Positions 53,727-64,000 of a stretch of DNA of 64,000 nt are shown here, one piece after another. A program made the translations under genes and the position numbers. This DNA comes from Methanotrichaceae archaeon (GTDB taxonomy: Archaea > Halobacteriota > Methanosarcinia > Methanotrichales > Methanotrichaceae). The stretch covers positions 26,557 to 90,556 of the forward strand of contig CAVWPP010000036.1 in assembly GCA_963756915.1 (NCBI GenBank), read 5' to 3'. The notes under the pieces were generated by a model. It did not search any database and was not told where the DNA came from. It was given only the letters and a program-made list of their open reading frames with translations. Position 1 is the stretch's first letter. The number at the start of each line of letters is the position of its first letter.

Positions 53727-54419
53727 ATGATACACCACAAGTTACTGTTCAGCATAATCGTTATTGTTTTTCTCTTGGTTCAGGCATATGCCCAGCCAGG
53801 TGACCCGCTCAATCCCAGTCAACTGGGCGAATCCATGTCCATGCCCTTACCCCAAGAGCTCATTCAGGAGTCCTGGAAGGAGGGAGTGGTATCGGAATCC
53901 AATCCCCATTATAAACAGGATAGCAAACAACTAGATTTTCCAGTCGTACCTCAGCCTGAAGCAGATGCAGGCAATCCGCGGGATAATGTGAATATAACCG
54001 GTGCCTGGTCCTTTGACCTAAAGGGCAAAAACCCAGAGCAAATAAAACTGTATCTGATCCAGAACGAAAGCATGGTCACGGGTCAAGGAGGCATAAATAG
54101 AGGAAATGGAACGGAGAAGGCCACAGCCAACGGCTCAATATCAGGGGAGAATATGAGACTGACCGTGATGCCAGTGGGAGTTTCGAACCTTTATGAGCTC
54201 AATCTGTCACTATCTACCCTGGCAGCAGGGACCTATACTGCATTCATGGCCGATGGTAGCAGCTGGTCCGGCCAGGTCACATTCGCAGTTTCCGCAAATA
54301 TTTTCAGGCCTGCATCTACGGTTGACAAAAATTGGTATGAGCATATGCAACCGTGGCCCCCCGGCCGCAGCGACGTCCGCCTGGCCTTCGGGGGTCTAGG
54401 GACCAAGCCAGAGCATTAG
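53727..54419 (+). CDS. Secreted hypothetical protein
   Basis: Signal peptide; NITGAWSFDL..L.Q....VTG.G beta-barrel-like segment. Confidence 0.7.
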   Translation: MIHHKLLFSIIVIVFLLVQAYAQPGDPLNPSQLGESMSMPLPQELIQESWKEGVVSESNPHYKQDSKQLDFPVVPQPEADAGNPRDNVNITGAWSFDLKGKNPEQIKLYLIQNESMVTGQGGINRGNGTEKATANGSISGENMRLTVMPVGVSNLYELNLSLSTLAAGTYTAFMADGSSWSGQVTFAVSANIFRPASTVDKNWYEHMQPWPPGRSDVRLAFGGLGTKPEH

Positions 54420-54695
54420 CTCCATGATGTCAACCAGCATGTCATCAGGCGACAAGATCGATGAACGAAGAATAATGTAGAGCAAGAGAAGCTTGATCCT
54501 GCATTCCTCTGCTGGCGAAGATCGCATCATAGGCGAAGTTGGCCATAATTCCTGGATAGGTCATACAGCTAAGGGTCTTGCTTGGAGTGAAGACTTCAAC
54601 GAATTATAAGCGGATAGCAATGTGAATATGATGCGTAAAATTAATTCCAAAAACAACTCTAGTAGCGACAAAAGAAAGGAAAAGACCTGAGATAC

Positions 54696-55517
54696 TCAGA
54701 TCGGTATGAATCCATTCTCATCCGCAATCTTCTGTCCATCTGGACCAATCACGAAATCAATGAACTTCTGAGCGCTGGGTGTGGGCTGTCCCCAGGTGTA
54801 GAAGTAGAGGTGACGGGCCAGTGGATAAGAGCCGCTCTTTATGTTTTTTACGTCCGGCTTAACGCCCTCATATGTCAATACACCTACATCTCCACTTTCG
54901 GCATAGCTGATGCCAACATAGCCTATTGCTGCATCGTTGCCAGTTACTGCGGTCTTGACTTCAGAACTGCTCTGGCCGATAGTATTTACTCCAGGCGTCT
55001 CAGCCGTCGTAGAACCCATAACCAGCTCATTGAAAGTGTCCTTGGTTCCAGAGCCGTGCTCTCTGGCAATTGCATAAATCTCTTTATCAGGTCCCTTTAA
55101 ATCCTTCCAATTCGTGATCTTTCCGGCGTAGATATCCTTGAGCTGAGCCTTAGTAATAGCCTTGACACCGGCATCGTAAATGGGCTTGCTTACCACTAAA
55201 CAGATCCCATCATAACCTATGAAGAATTGCTGGAAATTGTTTTTGTCATATTTTTTCCTCTCAGAATCTTTGATCTCTCTCGAAGCCATGGCGATATCCG
55301 ATCGACCTTCACCAGCTGCAGTTATGCCAGCTCCAGTGCCACCGCCTGTAACCGATACTTGAATATCGGCCTGTTGACCATTAAATGATTCGGCTTCTGC
55401 TTCTACCAGAGGCAAGACCGTCGTAGATCCAGTGACGGTCAACTTCTCCGCTGCAAACGCTGCAGTAATCGACCCCATAAAAAGGGCGATTCCCAATATA
55501 ATCGCAAGTTTCTTCAT
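54696..55517 (-). CDS. pstS: PstS-family phosphate-binding protein (copy 3)
   Basis: GSTTV, DIAMASR, AREHGSGT, YPLARHLYFYT; signal peptide from ATG 55517. Confidence 0.9.
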   Translation of the reverse strand: MKKLAIILGIALFMGSITAAFAAEKLTVTGSTTVLPLVEAEAESFNGQQADIQVSVTGGGTGAGITAAGEGRSDIAMASREIKDSERKKYDKNNFQQFFIGYDGICLVVSKPIYDAGVKAITKAQLKDIYAGKITNWKDLKGPDKEIYAIAREHGSGTKDTFNELVMGSTTAETPGVNTIGQSSSEVKTAVTGNDAAIGYVGISYAESGDVGVLTYEGVKPDVKNIKSGSYPLARHLYFYTWGQPTPSAQKFIDFVIGPDGQKIADENGFIPI

Positions 55518-55921
55518 ATTTTCACTGACGCGACTAGACTTAGCAAGATATGTAAAGTTTGTCAAAATAAAGAAAATAGGAGTATATACTCTATGAATAA
55601 ACATTATTAAAGATCCATAAGACAAGTTAGTGAGAAGCGTTCGGGAGTTGCAGATAAGCAGATTGCAGAGAAATTAATTATGTAGAATTTGCAATTTTAG
55701 CGCATTCTATGCTAACAGTCAACTGTTATGCTTGCGTGGAGGGCATCCGGCAAAATCGGCTTACTTGATATTGCCCTCCTAGTTTAGCTGCAAGCGTCTC
55801 TCTCATTGCTGAGGCCATCGCCAGTCAAAGCAGATTCTATTTACACGCGAATTAGAGGATTATCAAAAAATTATCGTCATAGGACATAATCATCCAAACG
55901 CTTTGGATTCGTTTGAACTTG

Positions 55922-55953
55922 TTTGGCATCTACTGATCTTAAGAGATGCCAAA
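55922..55953. terminator. 10-bp perfect hairpin downstream of the HAD gene
   Basis: TTTGGCATCT / AGATGCCAAA. Confidence 0.45.
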
Positions 55954-55999
55954 ATTCAATGGTCACATATCGTTTTGCAGCCACTCTACACTCTAGATC

Positions 56000-56671
56000 T
56001 CAAGCCACCTCGAAGTGTCTCCAGGCTTCCTCGATATGCATGGCTTTCATGCCAATGCCCCGAGAGGGATTGATATCATTATCCCAGGAATCACCTATAT
56101 AAAGAATCTCGTGAGGGGCCAATCCCAGATTACGAGCTCCCGCCATAAATATCCTGGAATCCGGCTTTTTATATCCGAAATCGGATGAAAATAGGACGAA
56201 ATTGAAATAGCCGTAAAGACCAAGCTGTCTTAGCTCTTGCTCGGAAAAAACCCTTTGGCCGTTTGAGACTATGCCCAAAGGATATCCCTTTAGCTTCTGC
56301 AAAAGCCGCAGGCTCTGAGGAAAAGGCCGCAAACGTCTCATAGAAGCTGCCCTGAAGAGCCGTGCCGCCTCGATGCCAACCGTGATATCATTTATGGGCC
56401 AGGATGAGTGCTGCCGGCATATTTTGCTGAAGACATCCTCCACCTTCAGCTCGCAGTGCCACTCACCACGCCTCTCCAATTCTTCTTTACATCTCCAGCG
56501 GTACTCGTTCATCAAATCCTGAGAGGAGATATTAACGCCGTGATACATGAGCCATCTGCACACTGACCCATAGGTCTTCAAGTCTCTCTCATCGGTTTTG
56601 ATGTCAATGAGTGTTTTGTAGCAATCAAACATCACGCCCTTTATGCCAAGAAGCCCATTACCGTTGAACAT
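56000..56671 (-). CDS. HAD-superfamily hydrolase (copy 1)
   Basis: FDCYKTL, VSNGQ, KKPD, IGDSWDND. Confidence 0.9.
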   Translation of the reverse strand: MFNGNGLLGIKGVMFDCYKTLIDIKTDERDLKTYGSVCRWLMYHGVNISSQDLMNEYRWRCKEELERRGEWHCELKVEDVFSKICRQHSSWPINDITVGIEAARLFRAASMRRLRPFPQSLRLLQKLKGYPLGIVSNGQRVFSEQELRQLGLYGYFNFVLFSSDFGYKKPDSRIFMAGARNLGLAPHEILYIGDSWDNDINPSRGIGMKAMHIEEAWRHFEVA

Positions 56672-56879
56672 AATATCCCTCCATTAATTAGGAAAGCAAG
56701 GAAAGATCGAATATCTCAAATCGAGCCAACTGAATAAGATCAACTTCTTTAAATTTTTCTAATACAAATGCCACGAAAATGATCTATGTTTTTTAAATAT
56801 AAATGTTGCCTATTTAAAAACAATATCGCCACTCATTGTAACGAGTCTATATAGATTTTAGACGACTGGTTACTGCACC

Positions 56880-57816
56880 TCAATATTTTGACCTCAGACA
56901 TGCTAGTGCTTCTTTGATTGGATACTGCGAATTGAGTCCCAGCCTGGCCATCCTAAGCAATCCCAGGCTCATGAAGAAGGGCATGCATGAGTTATCCTTC
57001 TGAACTCATCAGGGCTTTGGCTGTAATGCCACAGGAAATGGCCTATATAAGGTTCAGATCTCTGGTCGTTGCCTTTATGTCTGGCAAAAAAATGCTTTAG
57101 CTCTGCTGTTACAACTCCCAGATCATGCACAAAATTGGCATGCTCCCAGGAGCTCTCGAAATCCAGGAGTATGAGCTTATCGTGGTCGAAGACGAGGTTG
57201 ATGGGATTGGGATCGTTATGTATTCTGCAGCCGAGGACTGATCGATTAGAGTGCTGTACCACCAGTCTCCAAGTAATCGGTTAAATTCCAATCGTTTTGA
57301 TGAATTCAGCTGTAATTGATCCAATATTTTATGAAAATGGGCAAACTCATCTTGCTTGCGATAATCCGATTTAGTTTGATCATGAAGCTTTCTTAAGGTG
57401 TGAGCCGTAGTAGTGAGACGATCATACAATCCCTTTTCACTCTTCATAAACTTGAAAAGAGGTTTGCCTCGAATATGTTCGGTCACTAAGACACAGTGAA
57501 AGTCCTTATTGACTGCAAGTGGCCTGGGTACATTGACGATATTTGCCACACTTCTGAGAGCATTGAATTCTTGCTGCATGGATCGAGCTGAATCGTATTT
57601 AATATGCCAGCCCGTAGGCTCAGCGTAAAACTTGGCTACAACACTGTAATTTTCTCCTTCAAATTCGTATCTACAAACGGTATGAGATGCGGGGCTGATC
57701 TTATAGACCGCCACATTACATTTTTTGTCCCTTATCCTTTCACCTGTGATATTTATCAGCCAGTCTCTGAACATATCTCCAGGCCTCAAAGTACTAACAC
57801 GTTTTTCAGAAAGCAT
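56880..57816 (-). CDS. APH/choline-kinase-like phosphotransferase (copy 1); frameshifts in the 3' third
   Basis: VVAKFY, HNDPNPIN, DFE; paralog of 62379-63323. Confidence 0.8.
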
Positions 57817-57939
57817 AGCTGGTTTTCGGAGACTGGCAGTACTATATTTAAAATTTTTCTCAATATAACTATTGCCTAAACTAGGTGAATAGTATCTATA
57901 TAGAATTCGGCTATCAAGACACCTTAATGCGATACTCAT

Positions 57940-58110
57940 TCAACTGACCTTGAATAACTTCTAGACCTTTCGATATTCATGGCTATCATACCAGGCTTGG
58001 TTGCGGGAATCATATCGCTATTGTAGTTATCCCCAAACGCACAAGACTTTTGGTCTCATACCAAGAAGCTTTGTAGCTCCTGGAAAGATTCTGGGATCAG
58101 GTTCTATATA
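57940..58110 (-). pseudogene. 3' remnant of a third HAD hydrolase
   Basis: PDPRIFPGATKLLGM...GDNYNSDMIPA..GMIAMNIE; no 5' part. Confidence 0.75.
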
Positions 58111-58344
58111 GCTAAAATACCTTTACCTCTTTTTCAGAAAAGATTCTCTAATCTTTCAAGACAATGGCTTTAGGATAGCTCTCCAACATCGTTATCAGCC
58201 ATGCCAGATTTGGGAAGACCTTCAGCTCGCTTCGGCGACCCAGCTCTGAATGTGCGATCTAAAGAAACAATTTTGTTTGAGTTATGTATTTGTGCCAATT
58301 CTTGGCCATCACTTTTGCCAGGATTAGATGATTTACTGCGTTTG

Positions 58345-58432
58345 AAAAAGATGGGACAGGAGGTGTATCACCACAAGGGGGCCACCGAGTGGTGACGCCA
58401 AAGTGAAGATCCATTTGATGAGAATATGGCCC
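58345..58432 (-). ncRNA. Candidate structured sRNA, copy 1
   Basis: Homologous to 60382-60461; covarying stem, anti-SD-like CACCTCCT, upstream TATA-like box, U-run at the end. Confidence 0.5.
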
Positions 58433-58532
58433 AAAGAATGTATTATCATGATCAGGATATATCCATTTCCCATATAGAGAATATAGATGAAATGGCCTTA
58501 CTGATTCTATTTAGGATAAAATTATAATCTAA
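58351..58532. repeat. Diverged ~180-bp non-coding repeat, copy 1
   Basis: Aligns with 60383-60562. Confidence 0.85.
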
Positions 58533-59181
58533 ATTGCATGTGCAACGTCTTCAGAGGATACTATGATTGCAAGATATATAGAAATTGACAGGGAGACCCT
58601 GATAACTATTGCATGCATCTTCGGAAACATCATTCTCATTGCTTCGCTCTTTTGTTTTTAATTCTGACCGTCCTATTCGTCGAGAAGTGCTTGAATTCCG
58701 GCGCTAATCTCGAGTATGATTGCATCTTGTAGGCGAGATTTTAGCCTGATCCTAGAGTGATCCCACAGTTTTAAACCACATAATATTATGGCTATATATA
58801 TAATTAATTCAAGACTATATATAGCATATAGGCTAGTATACCTCGCATATCTCTCTTTATGATATATATTCTATTTTGGTTAGAAATTTATAAAACAAGA
58901 ACAAAAGGCAATATTTGGAAGTGAAAATGGTGAATGGATCTAATATAGAATCTCATAGCAAACGGATTTCCAATTCTTGGTGGAGGATATATAATGCCAC
59001 AGAAGATGATTGTATTGAGTATTTCAGATGCTTGGCGAAACATGGATATTTGGGTTCTGAAAATTGGAAATAGAGAAAAGAGCCTTGAATTGTGATACTT
59101 GCACTTTCCTTGGCAGATGCAATGTTGAGCTGGAGAACGTGTTTCTTGGGGCCAAAACCTGTTGACAGGGTGTGAACAAAT

Positions 59182-59451
59182 ATGGTCATGGGCGTTACAA
59201 TGGTAAAAGTCGCACCTGGTCAAGAGAGGTTCGTCTATAGCTCACTAAAAATCAGGGATGAAATCTTGGATATATACCATGTATTCGGAGAGTATGACTT
59301 CATTGCAATGCTGCAAGCGGAAGACATTATCAAACTGAATCAGTTTATGGAACGTATACAAGAGATGCATGGCGTCCTCTTGGCTCGGACCATACTGATC
59401 AAATGGAATAGCGGTCTACAGGATAACAATCCCATTAAAGCATTGGTTTAA
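59182..59451 (+). CDS. Stand-alone Lrp/AsnC ligand-binding domain protein
   Basis: VKVAPGQE..V...L....I..IYHVFGEYDFI; no HTH. Confidence 0.85.
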   Translation: MVMGVTMVKVAPGQERFVYSSLKIRDEILDIYHVFGEYDFIAMLQAEDIIKLNQFMERIQEMHGVLLARTILIKWNSGLQDNNPIKALV

Positions 59452-59494
59452 CGGCAAGCGAAGAAAAAGAGTTGAAAAGTTTTGAATTCCGGGT

Positions 59495-59820
59495 TTATAG
59501 AGGAATAAACCCGTTCTCTTCTGCAACCTTTTGACCATCTGCACTGGTCACGAAGTCAATGAATGCCTTTGCACAAGATGTGGTCTTGTCGAATGGTATA
59601 CAAGTATAGGTGGCGATGCAACTTATAGGAGCCATCCGTTATGGTTTGAACGCATGGCAGAAATGCCATCAAGTGTTATGGCCGCAATGTCTCCGCCTGC
59701 CAAATAGCTGAAACCCAAATAACCTATAGCACTGTCACTACCACTATAGATGTTTTAACCTCGGAACTTCCCATCGCGGTCGAGGTTACTCCAGGGGTTT
59801 CTGCCTTCTTATCACCATGA
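59495..59820 (-). pseudogene. 3' remnant of a fourth PstS
   Basis: KAETPGV..GSSEVKT..AIGYLGFSY...AFIDFVTSADGQKVAEENGFIPL*; frameshifted, 5' half missing. Confidence 0.85.
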
Positions 59821-59883
59821 TGCATTCTATTATCTCGACTTATTATTGGTACTTGACAATGTGGATAAATGATATTAAAATCG

Positions 59884-60338
59884 ATGGCGTCAGGCAAAAA
59901 GAAGGTTCTCTTTATTTGTTTCCGTAATTCAGCGAGATCTCAGATGACAGAAGGGCTATTGAGGAGTTTTGGTATGGAGACAGGTACGAAGTCTACAGTG
60001 CTGGTGTTATAACTACACACGTAGATCCGCGTGCTGTGAAAGTTATGGGCGAGATCGGTCTCGATATATCTAGACAGAATTCAAAAAAAGATGGAAGAGT
60101 ACCGAGGCGTTTTATTCGATGTAGCTGTCACTGTCTGCGATAAGGCTAAAGAGGCATGTCCTATCTGTGGAGTGAGCTTAGAGGCTCCTGCCTCATCTCC
60201 AGCCGCGAAAAGGACCATCCATAAGGATTCCAGCGATCCAGCTATTAGCGGAAGGGTCTGAAGGAAGATCAACTTGCTGAGTTTAGGCAGATTAGAGATG
60301 AGATAAGGAACTGAATCATTCAGACTTTTAGTAGTTAG
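59884..60338 (+). pseudogene. arsC: Thioredoxin-type arsenate reductase (ArsC/LMW-PTP), disrupted
   Basis: KKVLFICFRNSARSQM (CX5R), VYSAG, EIGLDIS.Q.SK, TVCDKAKEACP; frameshifts and an internal stop. Confidence 0.8.
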
Positions 60339-60381
60339 AAGAAGATGCCAAGGCGGCTGAAGCTCAGCACCAACGATGCCA

Positions 60382-60461
60382 TATGGGATAGGAGGTGTAT
60401 CACTACAAGAGGACCAACCATGTAGTGACACCAAGAGTGAAGTTCCATAAGAGTTTGGCCC
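60382..60461 (-). ncRNA. Candidate structured sRNA, copy 2
   Basis: Homologous to 58345-58432, with a compensatory C-G to T-A change in the stem. Confidence 0.5.
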
Positions 60462-60562
60462 AAAAAGCCCCATTTACATGATCAGGATATATTCATTTCC
60501 CAAATAAAGAATATAGATGAAAGGGCTTTACAGATTCTATTTTGGATGAATTTATAATCCAA
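60383..60562. repeat. Diverged ~180-bp non-coding repeat, copy 2
   Basis: Aligns with 58351-58532. Confidence 0.85.
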
Positions 60563-60759
60563 TATAACAAGCTCGGCATCAATTATGATTATGGAAATAG
60601 ATAGAGAGACTTTGCTGACGATAATAGGACTTGTGAGTAGCATCTCTATTCTTGCTACTCTCTACTCTTCTCCAAGCAAATCTTGCCAGAGGGAGAATGC
60701 CTTTTTAGGAGCCAGAACATGTTGATTCGATGTGATTTCATACAATTAGAGGTAATTGC

Positions 60760-60999
60760 ATGGTCTTAGCAATTTCTTTGATTAAGGTTGTTCTTGATCA
60801 AGAAAAAGTAGTTTATAACGCTCTCAAAAATATGGAGGGTATAAAAAATCTCTATCACAATTTTGGAGATCTTGATTTTTTCTTGGTTCTAGAAGCCGGA
60901 AATATGGATAACATCACTAGGATATTGAATCATATTAAAAAAGTAGGCCCTGATGGTGCAGTTAAAATGATCGGGTGGCAGCGCTTGGATGTTAGTTAG
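60760..60999 (+). CDS. Stand-alone Lrp/AsnC ligand-binding domain protein (second)
   Basis: LIKVVLDQEKVVYNAL..LYHNFGDLDFF; GAGGT SD. Confidence 0.8.
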   Translation: MVLAISLIKVVLDQEKVVYNALKNMEGIKNLYHNFGDLDFFLVLEAGNMDNITRILNHIKKVGPDGAVKMIGWQRLDVS

Positions 61000-61240
61000 G
61001 CCGTATTTGCTCAATATTCCATTTCCAGTTGCTTATCCTCTCACAACTTGCATCAGCCAATCTAAGAAGACCAAGGTGCCAACAAAATTTTCTTTTGCCA
61101 TTTTTTCTTTGGGCATTGTTTATAGTCAATAGAACCTAATGATTTATATAGCTTCAATCGACCTGGATAAGCTGACGCATTCCGGTAATAAGTTCGAATC
61201 TTTAGGTTATTGATATAGTTCGACGTCGCTCTCTCGTGGT

Positions 61241-61918
61241 TCACATCACACCGAAGAGCTTCCAGGCCTCCTTGATATGCATGGCCTTCATACCCAGCCG
61301 GACGGATGGCACGATGTCGTTTTCGAAGTTGTCGCCGATGCACAGAACCTCTTCCGGCTCCCAGCCCATCAGCTTCGTAGCCTCCAGAAAAATCCTCGGA
61401 TCTGGTTTTTTATGGCCGAAGTCCGATGAGAAGATAACATGCGAGAATTGGCTGTAAATGCCTAGATACCTCATCTCCAATTCGGAAAATACCCTCTGAC
61501 CATTGGAGACTATGACTTTTGGATAGCCCTCCAGCTCGTGGAGGAGATGGAGGCTTTGAGGAAAGACCTGTAATCTTCGTAAAGATCCAGCCCGGAAGGC
61601 GCGGGAAGCCTCAGCCCCCAGCCGGACCTCATCGGTATCCCAAAGCGCGTGTTTTTTGCAGATCTTTCTGAATACATGTTCTACGTTGGCTTCGGCGTAC
61701 GTCTCCCACCGGCTGTCTAGATCCTCTTTAACCAACCGCTTGTACTCATCTCTAAGATGTTCCGGCGAAATCCTCACGCCTTGATAGATCAGCCATTTGC
61801 TGAATGGTTCGTAAGTACCAATGTGGTCCTCATCAGTTTCAATATCAATCAAAGTATTATAAAGGTCAAAGATCAAGCCCTTGATCCCAACAAATCCCTT
61901 TTCCTCTAGCTTTGTCAT
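61241..61918 (-). CDS. HAD-superfamily hydrolase (copy 2)
   Basis: FDLYNTL, VSNGQ, KKPD, IGDNFEND; paralog of 56000-56671. Confidence 0.9.
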   Translation of the reverse strand: MTKLEEKGFVGIKGLIFDLYNTLIDIETDEDHIGTYEPFSKWLIYQGVRISPEHLRDEYKRLVKEDLDSRWETYAEANVEHVFRKICKKHALWDTDEVRLGAEASRAFRAGSLRRLQVFPQSLHLLHELEGYPKVIVSNGQRVFSELEMRYLGIYSQFSHVIFSSDFGHKKPDPRIFLEATKLMGWEPEEVLCIGDNFENDIVPSVRLGMKAMHIKEAWKLFGVM

Positions 61919-62378
61919 TCGCGAGCACCCTCATCGAGTTGATAAACCAATAGTTGCAGTGCTATAATAAAAAAACCTTACAGAATCTATTTGACATTGG
62001 TCCAATAACGTTCGTTAAAGATCTAATTAAAGTTATCTAAACTGTTAGTAACTTATAAATAATTACAGAATATAATACTAAGCAGTCGATTTTCTCAGTA
62101 ATTTGGAGAACCGATGGCATGACTTTATCGAAAATGAGAAACAAACAAATAGGTGATGTAAAATGTATGGGCTCGCCGCTAAAAATGCCTATTATGGCCA
62201 GGGAATGATGATGTCCTGCCCAGCTAGCACGAATCGCTAAGCGATGATGTCCATGATGCAATCGGGAAAGATAAAACTAATGGGCGTGATTATATGCCCA
62301 AATGTAAATCAAGAGGGATGAGGCGGCTCATAGGCGCCTTTTTAGAACCGGGATATTCCGGCTTTTTGGTATGAGAAT

Positions 62379-63323
62379 ATGGCTTCACAAAATCTTGTTG
62401 ATACTTTAGAACCAGGCAACGTCTTTAGGGACTGGCTAGTGCATAAATTTAAGGATAGGTTACACAACGATAAATGTAAAGTCCACGTTTACAAGATCCC
62501 TGCCTCACATACTGTATGCAGATATGAGTTCAAGGGAGAAGACTTCGGCGTAGTATCAAAGTTCTACGCCGAACCAACCGGAGGCAACAGGAACTACAAC
62601 GCCAAGCGGGCAATGGATAGGGAGTTCGAAAATCTGCAGAAGGTAGAGGGATTTATTGATATATCCCGGCCATTGGCCAAGAATCAGAAATTCAACTGCG
62701 CTTTGGTTACTGAATATCTGGAGGGCAAATCCCTGAACAGATACATAAGGAGCGAAGATGGCCTCTATGACAGTCTCACCGCAGTGGCAGAGCTGCTGCG
62801 AAGGCTTCACGACAATACGGCAACAGAATACCGCAAAGACAAGGAGTTCGCCCGTTTTCACAGGGTACTAGACCAGATGGGACTTTACGGACATGCCAGA
62901 GAGAAATACAACCACCTGCTGGGAGATTGGTGGTATAGCTCACGGCTGGATAGAAGCAGAGGCTGCATGATTCACGACGATGCCCATCCTGCGAACTACA
63001 TTTTCAAGCAGAATAGAGTTTACGCCCTAGACTTCGAGAGCGCTTGGGAGCAAGCTCATCCCGTCCACGATCTTGGTGTTATGGCTGCAGAGTTGAAGAA
63101 ATTCTTTGGTTGGAATAAGAGGGGCGCAGAGAGGGCTGAACCTTACATAGGCCATTTCCTCTGGCGCTATAGCCATAGCGAGAATGAATTTAACGAAATC
63201 ACGCAAGCCCTTCCATTCTTCATGAGCCAGGGGCTGCTAAGGATGACCAGGTGGAAGTGCGAGTCGCAGGAGAGGGATTATGTAATCAAAGAAGCTAATG
63301 CCTGTTTAAGGATTGCGATGTAA
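62379..63323 (+). CDS. APH/choline-kinase-like phosphotransferase (copy 2)
   Basis: VVSKFY, HDDAHPANY, LDFE, DLG. Confidence 0.88.
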   Translation: MASQNLVDTLEPGNVFRDWLVHKFKDRLHNDKCKVHVYKIPASHTVCRYEFKGEDFGVVSKFYAEPTGGNRNYNAKRAMDREFENLQKVEGFIDISRPLAKNQKFNCALVTEYLEGKSLNRYIRSEDGLYDSLTAVAELLRRLHDNTATEYRKDKEFARFHRVLDQMGLYGHAREKYNHLLGDWWYSSRLDRSRGCMIHDDAHPANYIFKQNRVYALDFESAWEQAHPVHDLGVMAAELKKFFGWNKRGAERAEPYIGHFLWRYSHSENEFNEITQALPFFMSQGLLRMTRWKCESQERDYVIKEANACLRIAM

Positions 63324-64000
63324 CCAATTGATGCATCTGTACAAAGATTTACTAAAAATCAGAGTTTCATTGATGGTAATGCACATCGAGATATTCCCCT
63401 TGGGAAGCCTATACTCAAATTTAGGCAGAAGTGATAGCAGTGCCCCAATCATATTTAGATATCAAAGGCCCAATGATCCTGTTTCCAGACCCAGCCAGGG
63501 CCACGTCAAGTGAAATCATATTTCATCCGGATTGCGGTTTTTATCGATGCAAATTGCCATAGTGGCACAATCATTTTTGTATCGTCAGCAGATGTCGAAA
63601 TTGTCTCGTGGAATGTGTCTAATCATGAGTCAAGAGTCGCTTCAGAGAGGATCTAACTGCTTAAATCTATGTGGCGGAAATTAGTATAGACTAGCGTCCA
63701 ATTGAATCATAAACACTCCTTAACATGCCTGCCCAAAATTACAGCCCTACTTAGGAGGATAATGTTCACGCTTTGTGCTATAATTCATAATTTGTGTCAT
63801 GATATTTTTTATATCTTCAGTTCCTATTATTTAGCGTTAGACTATTTCGATACCCTACTTACTTTCAGAGCCCGGACATTCTGTGGACTCTGCAGTTCAA
63901 TCAATTTGTCGACTATGTTAGTAATAATAGATCGAGGATATATGGTGCTTTGTGGATATTGCCAGAGGAATGTAACGCCCAAGATGTATTTTTCATGGAA

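Noticed and set aside
60081-60473. 130-aa minus-strand ORF
   Set aside because: Antisense to the arsC relic and overlaps the non-coding repeat; not conserved in the other repeat copy
63324-64000. Terminal region and the 66-aa ORF at 63313
   Set aside because: No recognisable coding or structural signal

Overview
Archaeal methanogen DNA, most consistent with Methanothrix/Methanosaeta (mfnB, hef, archaeal MiaB-like enzyme, oapABC, tRNA-Leu, many secreted and TPR proteins). The taxon is inferred from gene content only. Layout: 0-17 kb and 43.6-47 kb are mostly housekeeping. 17-43.5 kb is accessory: an RlmJ-like gene, K+ transporters, a run of unrelated single genes separated by a GC-rich dispersed repeat, a tandemly duplicated pentapeptide-repeat/TIR-like gene plus membrane-protein module, and a 4.7-kb decayed element integrated through the 5' half of tRNA-Leu(CAA). 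47-64 kb holds small genes, PstS paralogs, HAD plus APH-like kinase pairs, Lrp ligand-domain genes and a duplicated candidate sRNA. Many genes carry 1-bp frameshifts that may be assembly errors, so pseudogene calls are provisional. All family assignments come from motifs recognised by eye; no searches were run.
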